A DNA stretch of 64,000 bases from contig CAWAKC010000003.1 in NCBI GenBank assembly GCA_963782525.1, positions 64,001 through 128,000 on the forward strand. The letters are read 5' to 3'. Below, one piece after another: positions 58,630 to 64,000 of this stretch. The translations under genes were made by a program, and so were the position numbers. Below the pieces are notes generated by a model. It had not been told where the DNA came from and did not search any database. It was given only the letters and a program-made list of their open reading frames with translations. How positions within the stretch are numbered: the first letter of the stretch is position 1; every line of letters begins with the position of its first letter. Origin of the DNA: Candidatus Bathyarchaeota archaeon (lineage in GTDB: Archaea > Thermoproteota > Bathyarchaeia > Bathyarchaeales > Bathycorpusculaceae).

Positions 58630-60855
58630 TTGTCAAATATGTTCATACCCTTACAAGCTTTAGCATCATTATCGGTTAATCCAGTTGTCTTTTGGATTGC
58701 ACCAATCGCCGGCGTCATAGCAGTTGTTGCTTCGCTTTTACTCATGTACCGAATAGGCAAAATGAGTCCAGGCGGACCAAAAACAGTTGAAGTCGGCAAC
58801 GCAATCAGGGAAGGCGCCTACGCTTTCCTAAAAAGACAATACAAAACAATCGCCATAATTACAGTAGTTATTTTTGCTCTACTGTGGGTCGCTTTGCCAA
58901 GCGGTCCTTACGGTGTAGGCACCGCAGCAGCTTTTTTGGTAGGCGCAGTTGCCTCCTTGGCTGCAGGCTACATTGCCATGGATAACGCGACAAAAGCAAA
59001 CGTTCGTACCGTGGCAGCAGCAAAAGACTATGGCGCTGAAAAAGCGTTAAAAACTGCATTTTACGGCGGTGCCACAATGGGCATGGCCGTTGTTGGTTTA
59101 TCCTTGTTGGGTGTAAGTTTTCTGTTCTTGCTTTACGGTGGTTTTAACGCCTTGTTCAATACAATGGATGTCACTACCGCAGCTCAACTCGGAAGAGACG
59201 CAGCAAGCGGAATCGTCGGCATGGGTTTTGGCGCCTCATTGATTGCGTTGTTTGCCCAGCTTGGAGGCGGAATTTACACTAAAGCCGCAGATGTCGGCGC
59301 AGACCTTGTAGGCAAAGTTGAAGCAGGCATCCCTGAAGATGACCCACGCAACCCCGCTGTCATAGCTGACAATGTTGGAGACAACGTAGGGGACTCAGCT
59401 GGAAGGGGTGCGGACTTATTTGAATCTGCGACTGGAGAGAACATCGGAGGCATGATTATCGGCGGCTTAATCAGCATCGCCACAGGAAACCTCATTTTCC
59501 TGATTTTCCCGCTAATCGCACGAGCCTTAGGAATCTTTGCAACATTAGTCGGCATGCCATTCGTAAAGCTCAACGCGTCAGAAGCCAAGCATCCAATGAA
59601 GGCACTAAGAAAAGGTCTTATGGTAACAACCATAGTTTCAGGCATTCTGTTCTTGTTTGCAACGATTTTCCTGTTAGGTGAAGGCTCATTCTCCATGACC
59701 TTCCTGTACCTGTACTTCTGCTTACTTGCAGGCTTAGCAGCATCAGTGGCAATCGACTATATTACTGATTACTACACTGGAAGCGACAGAAAACCAGTCG
59801 GCAGAATAGCTAAAGCCAGCGAAACAGGCGCCGCAACCAACATCATCACAGGCTTCGCAGTAGGGCTCGAAACAACAGCACTGCCAATAGTATCACTAGT
59901 CATCGCACTCATAGTATCGTACTTCTTTGGCACGCAATTTGCTATCTCCTGGAACGCTGACCCAGCCCACGTAGCTTCACAAATTACGCCTTTCATAGGT
60001 GGAATTTATGGAACCACACTTGCAACAATGGGTATGCTCGCAGTCATGGGAATGGTTTTAGCCTTAGACGGCTTTGGACCAATCGCAGACAACGCTGCAG
60101 GAATAGCTGAAATGTCAGGAGAAGGCGGCGCAGAAGAAACCATGGAAGCATTAGACGCGGTCGGCAACACAACAAAAGCCCTAACCAAAGGCTTTGCACT
60201 CGGCTCAGCTTTGCTCGCAGCGCAACTGCTATTCCAAACATACGCTTCAGAGGTTACCTTACGCACAGGCATACCCTTTGTCGTAGACATCTCTAATCCA
60301 GCAGTACTCATCGCAGGCTTCCTCGGTGCAATGCTACCATTTTTCTTCTCATCACAAGCAATTAGCGCAGTAGGAAAAGCGGCAGCAGAAATGGTTGCAG
60401 AAGTCAGACGACAATTCAGAGAAATCCCAGGCATCATGGAAGGAACCGGCAAACCTGACTACGGCAAAGCAGTAGACATCAGCACAAAATCCGCACTAAA
60501 AGGAATGGTGCTTCCGGGACTAATCTTGGTAATTTTTCCAATCGTAGTCGGTATCCTGTTAGGTCCTGAAGCAGTAGGCGCATTCGTAATCGGCGCAACG
60601 CTATCAGCAGTTCCATTGGCACTGTTCATGAACACTGGCGGAGGAGCATGGGACAACGCAAAGAAATTGATCGAATCAGGCAAATACGGCGGCAAAGGTA
60701 GCCCAGCACACGCAGCAGCAGTAGTCGGCGACACAGTCGGAGACCCACTTAAAGACACAGCAGGACCAAGCTTACACGTACTCATAAAACTGCTCAGTAC
60801 ACTATCAATCGTCTTCATCCCGCTGTTCTTAAACCTGCTACATCTAATCCACTAA
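58630..60855 (+). CDS. hppA: membrane H+-translocating pyrophosphatase, K+-independent type
   Basis: DVGADLVGKVE, EDDPRN, DNVGDNVGD, GNTTKA (Lys determinant), GDTVGDPLKD. Confidence 0.95.
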   Translation: MSNMFIPLQALASLSVNPVVFWIAPIAGVIAVVASLLLMYRIGKMSPGGPKTVEVGNAIREGAYAFLKRQYKTIAIITVVIFALLWVALPSGPYGVGTAAAFLVGAVASLAAGYIAMDNATKANVRTVAAAKDYGAEKALKTAFYGGATMGMAVVGLSLLGVSFLFLLYGGFNALFNTMDVTTAAQLGRDAASGIVGMGFGASLIALFAQLGGGIYTKAADVGADLVGKVEAGIPEDDPRNPAVIADNVGDNVGDSAGRGADLFESATGENIGGMIIGGLISIATGNLIFLIFPLIARALGIFATLVGMPFVKLNASEAKHPMKALRKGLMVTTIVSGILFLFATIFLLGEGSFSMTFLYLYFCLLAGLAASVAIDYITDYYTGSDRKPVGRIAKASETGAATNIITGFAVGLETTALPIVSLVIALIVSYFFGTQFAISWNADPAHVASQITPFIGGIYGTTLATMGMLAVMGMVLALDGFGPIADNAAGIAEMSGEGGAEETMEALDAVGNTTKALTKGFALGSALLAAQLLFQTYASEVTLRTGIPFVVDISNPAVLIAGFLGAMLPFFFSSQAISAVGKAAAEMVAEVRRQFREIPGIMEGTGKPDYGKAVDISTKSALKGMVLPGLILVIFPIVVGILLGPEAVGAFVIGATLSAVPLALFMNTGGGAWDNAKKLIESGKYGGKGSPAHAAAVVGDTVGDPLKDTAGPSLHVLIKLLSTLSIVFIPLFLNLLHLIH

Positions 60856-60950
60856 AAACCTAAAATTCGGGGAAGTTTTTTCTTCCCTCAACTAACTTTT
60901 TTAAATATCTTAAAATTTTTTAATCTCTTAAAAAGAGGGTATTTTACTGT

Positions 60951-61295
60951 TTATTCGTTTGCAGGCGGAGCAACCGGTGGGCTTTCAAGCATCTCGTCAA
61001 CGATTGATTCTTTTCGTATATACTGTGTCATCTCTTTGCCTAAATCTGTCAAGTAAAACAGTTCGTAGCGTTTTCGTCCATCTCTGGTAATCTTGATTTC
61101 TGCACGAAAAAGTTTAGCATCAGTCAACAACTCGCAGTTTCTTATATCAACGGATGGAACAGGAGTACCTAAGCTCATATCCAAATAACTGAGGTATTGG
61201 TCTTGGTTGTCTAAGGCCGCTAAAAGATATTTTTTAAAGACGCTTGTTTGTTCTTGAATGTATTTACAAATATATTCTTCAAATTTTTGAGTCAT
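60951..61295 (-). CDS. hypothetical wHTH-like protein
   Basis: FYLTDLGKE wing motif. Confidence 0.6.
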   Translation of the reverse strand: MTQKFEEYICKYIQEQTSVFKKYLLAALDNQDQYLSYLDMSLGTPVPSVDIRNCELLTDAKLFRAEIKITRDGRKRYELFYLTDLGKEMTQYIRKESIVDEMLESPPVAPPANE

Positions 61296-61457
61296 TAAAC
61301 TTCACCTAAAAATTAGTTACTCTAAATTTAGTAAGCGATAGGATTTAATTTTCCCTGCCGCTGGTTTGTTTGGTTAAACTGCCGTAGCTTAATGCTTCTT
61401 CCGCAGTATATTTTTACTCCGCCACACATTCAACTAACCTTACTGAGATGCACCCGC

Positions 61458-62552
61458 TTGAAGATTATCGAAAAAAACCTGCAGCAAGGCTTCGTTAAAG
61501 TAGTTCCTGATTCGCCTGATGACCTTTGGCACTTATACAACGTCATCTACAAGAACGATGAGGTTTACGCTTATAGTAGTCGAGCTATAAAAAGCGACAC
61601 TGAAACCTCGCGTCCCAAAAGCGCCGAGCGAGTTTCAGCGTTCATGGGGGTAAAGGTTGAATCTGTTGGTTGGGACAAGTTCTTGGGAAAACTGCGGGTT
61701 CACGGTTTGATTTGTCATGCTCCCGACATAATTCCCACAGGAGCCCATCATACTCTTAGCATAGCGCTCAATCAGCCAATGACAATAGTGAAGAAAGAAT
61801 GGCCCAAACATCTCTTAGACAGGTTAACGAAGGCAAGCGAAACCGAAAAACCCATCTTAATACTCTCCATCGACGACGAAGGATTCGCCATAGCCGAAAC
61901 CAAACAGTATGGCGTCGAAACCCGCGTTGACCAACGTATGCGGCTCCCTGGAAAAGTCGAAGCTGACAAACGGGTGGAAGCCACAAAAGCGTATTTCCGA
62001 CTTGCACTCACCAGTCTAAACAAACTCTGGTCTCAAAAACGCAGTCCTATAGTTATAATTGGTGCAGGCTACGTTAAAACGGACTTCGTAAAATATCTCA
62101 ACGAAGAATCCAAAGAAATGGCTAAGGCAGTCGTGGATGTTAAAAGCGTCAACAATGGCGGTACAGCAGGAATCGACGAAGCGCTGCGTTCGGGTGTTTT
62201 ATTGAAGGCTGCGCATCAACTGCGAGTTGTAGATGAAACGGAAACGATGGAGGAAGTCATGAAGCGCTTGGGCAAAGGCGAAGGTACCGTCATGTATGGT
62301 TTGGATGCGGTGGAGAATGCTGTTATGATGGGTGCAGTTGAGAAACTGGTGGTTGCAGATACTAAGCTCAGGGATGCAGATGAGGCGCAACGGCTTAAAC
62401 TCGAAGACCTTATGCATCAAGTTGAAAAACGCAATGCACCTATAACGGTGGTTAGTACAGAGCATGAAGCTGGGGCCAAACTCCTTTCACTAGGCGGAAT
62501 CGTTGCTTTGTTAAGATTCCCACTCTACAGGGATGCATTGAGTCAAAACTAA
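61458..62552 (+). CDS. pelA: mRNA surveillance protein Pelota
   Basis: DDLWHLYN, GAHHTL, LGGIVALLRF; probable TTG start 61458. Confidence 0.93.
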   Translation: MKIIEKNLQQGFVKVVPDSPDDLWHLYNVIYKNDEVYAYSSRAIKSDTETSRPKSAERVSAFMGVKVESVGWDKFLGKLRVHGLICHAPDIIPTGAHHTLSIALNQPMTIVKKEWPKHLLDRLTKASETEKPILILSIDDEGFAIAETKQYGVETRVDQRMRLPGKVEADKRVEATKAYFRLALTSLNKLWSQKRSPIVIIGAGYVKTDFVKYLNEESKEMAKAVVDVKSVNNGGTAGIDEALRSGVLLKAAHQLRVVDETETMEEVMKRLGKGEGTVMYGLDAVENAVMMGAVEKLVVADTKLRDADEAQRLKLEDLMHQVEKRNAPITVVSTEHEAGAKLLSLGGIVALLRFPLYRDALSQN

Positions 62553-62578
62553 GCGCACTCGTGAGTGTATCATAAAAT

Positions 62579-63445
62579 TCAATCGATTTTTCTTTTTGCT
62601 AAACTAGCTATGATAAAATTAAGAGGCTTAGATTGCCCTATCAGCCATTTGCTTTCAAAATAACTTTGCATCACTAACAAAAAGCTATGATTGTTTGACC
62701 ATAAGGTAGATGGGTCTGTCTGGTCTGCTGAGATTGAAAAAGTAGTAAAAGTCTCTTTCTGGTCAAAAATTGAAACAATGGCGTCTACGCTTGTTTGAGG
62801 CGGAAGAAATCTCACTTTGAAGCAAGGATTTTCACTTAGTTTTTTAATTATAATTGATGCTTCTTTTGATAGTTGATGGTCTTCCGTAACTATACGAATT
62901 TTTACTCCACGCTTCAATGCGTTTTCGTACCAATTTGCGAAAGCAATTGTAGCCAAAGAAAACCTGTTCTTTGAAGTAACTACATCCAGACTCTTTTCCG
63001 AATTGTCAAGTGTCATTCTTAACCTGTTAATTGTGATAGTTTTTCCAGGAATTATGATGAATCGATTTTCGTTTAAGGGGAATTCCTTGTTGCAATGTGT
63101 TTTAGATTGTTGCTCTAAGTCTTTCGCAATTGTTTTTCCCGTATTTTTTAGCTCTAAGAATCGTGTTTTTTTGTGTTCGATAAGCATGTCTACTGCTTCT
63201 TGTGGTGGGGTGGCTTTGTATTTTATAGGTGAGTTAATTTCTTTTTCGATTAAACCTTTAGTGCTTAGTGAATCTATTATTTTGTATAAATTTGGTCGTT
63301 GAATCTCTGTTTCTTTTGAGATGATTCCTATTTGAGATGGGCCAATTTTAATTAGAGTTAAATAGACTTTTGTTTCTGTGGTAGTCAATCCCATGTTTAA
63401 AAAGAACTGTTTTTCTTTTTCTGAAATTATGGGATCGTTAAGCAT
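62579..63445 (-). CDS. TrmB-family transcription regulator
   Basis: MGLTTTETKVYLTL...LY..IDSL..KGLI, RGVKIRIV, IFDQKE. Confidence 0.88.
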   Translation of the reverse strand: MLNDPIISEKEKQFFLNMGLTTTETKVYLTLIKIGPSQIGIISKETEIQRPNLYKIIDSLSTKGLIEKEINSPIKYKATPPQEAVDMLIEHKKTRFLELKNTGKTIAKDLEQQSKTHCNKEFPLNENRFIIIPGKTITINRLRMTLDNSEKSLDVVTSKNRFSLATIAFANWYENALKRGVKIRIVTEDHQLSKEASIIIKKLSENPCFKVRFLPPQTSVDAIVSIFDQKETFTTFSISADQTDPSTLWSNNHSFLLVMQSYFESKWLIGQSKPLNFIIASLAKRKID

Positions 63446-63650
63446 GGTTGTTTCTTCCTATAAGTTTATTTTTCTTTATCTTTAGAAACTGAATGTTTTT
63501 TATTTTATGAAAATATAAGATTTTGCCTATTCTAAGAAATGCAATTGTTAGACGGAAACAACAACTGCCGAATATGTATGTCTTATACATATCACTCGTT
63601 TAATAGCCATGTTTGAGTAAGGATACCATAAAATTTTAGGAGATAAGAAA

Positions 63651-64000
63651 ATGTCTTTAAAAAACCCAAATACTAAAAGAAAACAAGCGATAATCACAAT
63701 TGCTTTAATTGCACTTTTGACGACTTCTATTTTCATGGCGACAATATCAACCGCTTCAGCATATGACCGCCCAACCTATGCATTTATCAGCGCCGCACCA
63801 AGTCCAATCGGCCTTGGTCAAACAGCAGCAATCGTCATGTGGCTTGATACTTTGCCACCCGTTTATTCTAACGGGACTGAAACATACTGGTATAACTTCA
63901 TGTTGACCATTAAAACTCCAAGTGGAGAAACCGAGACCAAAGGGCCCTTCACCTCAGACGCAGTTGCCTCAGCATATTACCCCTACACTCCAACAGAATT
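63651..64000 (+). CDS. secreted protein, N-terminus only (runs off window; likely large beta-propeller/surface protein)
   Basis: GGAGA SD, signal peptide ending ASA, TYAFISAAPSPIGLGQ...GPFTSD; no stop before 64000. Confidence 0.75.
   Translation, partial: MSLKNPNTKRKQAIITIALIALLTTSIFMATISTASAYDRPTYAFISAAPSPIGLGQTAAIVMWLDTLPPVYSNGTETYWYNFMLTIKTPSGETETKGPFTSDAVASAYYPYTPTE

Noticed and set aside
58868-60818. Antisense ORFs within hppA, and similar shadow ORFs in nuo-like, pro and ABC genes
   Set aside because: Fully overlap well-supported genes; explained by codon bias on the opposite strand

Overview
Archaeal chromosomal window, most consistent with Bathyarchaeia. This is an inference from pelota, XPB-Bax1, TrmB, an intron-containing tRNA, a complex-I-like group 4 hydrogenase and the style of the secreted protein at the right end. 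There are four zones. (1) About 2.5-26.6 kb is a decaying mosaic island between a 5' tRNA-Gly fragment (2956) and an intact intron-containing tRNA-Gly(GCC) (26573-26678). It holds integrase and terminase relics, an ABC-ATPase/GNAT fusion, TA modules, XPB-Bax1, FprA and a TusA-IscS-IscU cluster. It also holds an intact, rearranged cbb3-type (C-family) oxidase plus CcmF cassette bracketed by 28-bp dif-like palindromes. (2) About 27-50 kb is housekeeping: MinD-like ATPase, MobA, ABC transporters, a 10-gene NuoA-B-CD-H-I-J-K-L-M-N operon whose large subunit keeps both [NiFe] motifs, and proBA. (3) 50145-58453 is an 8.3-kb integrase-bearing element inserted into the first codons of proB, with a 14-bp direct repeat TTAACAACTATTAA. 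It separates the native start (MPSRLIVVK, 58465) from the gene body, and precise excision would restore a 374-aa ProB. This is a candidate excision-controlled proline-biosynthesis switch. (4) 58.6-64 kb holds hppA, pelota, TrmB and the start of a secreted protein. All family calls come from motif recognition; no database searches were run.
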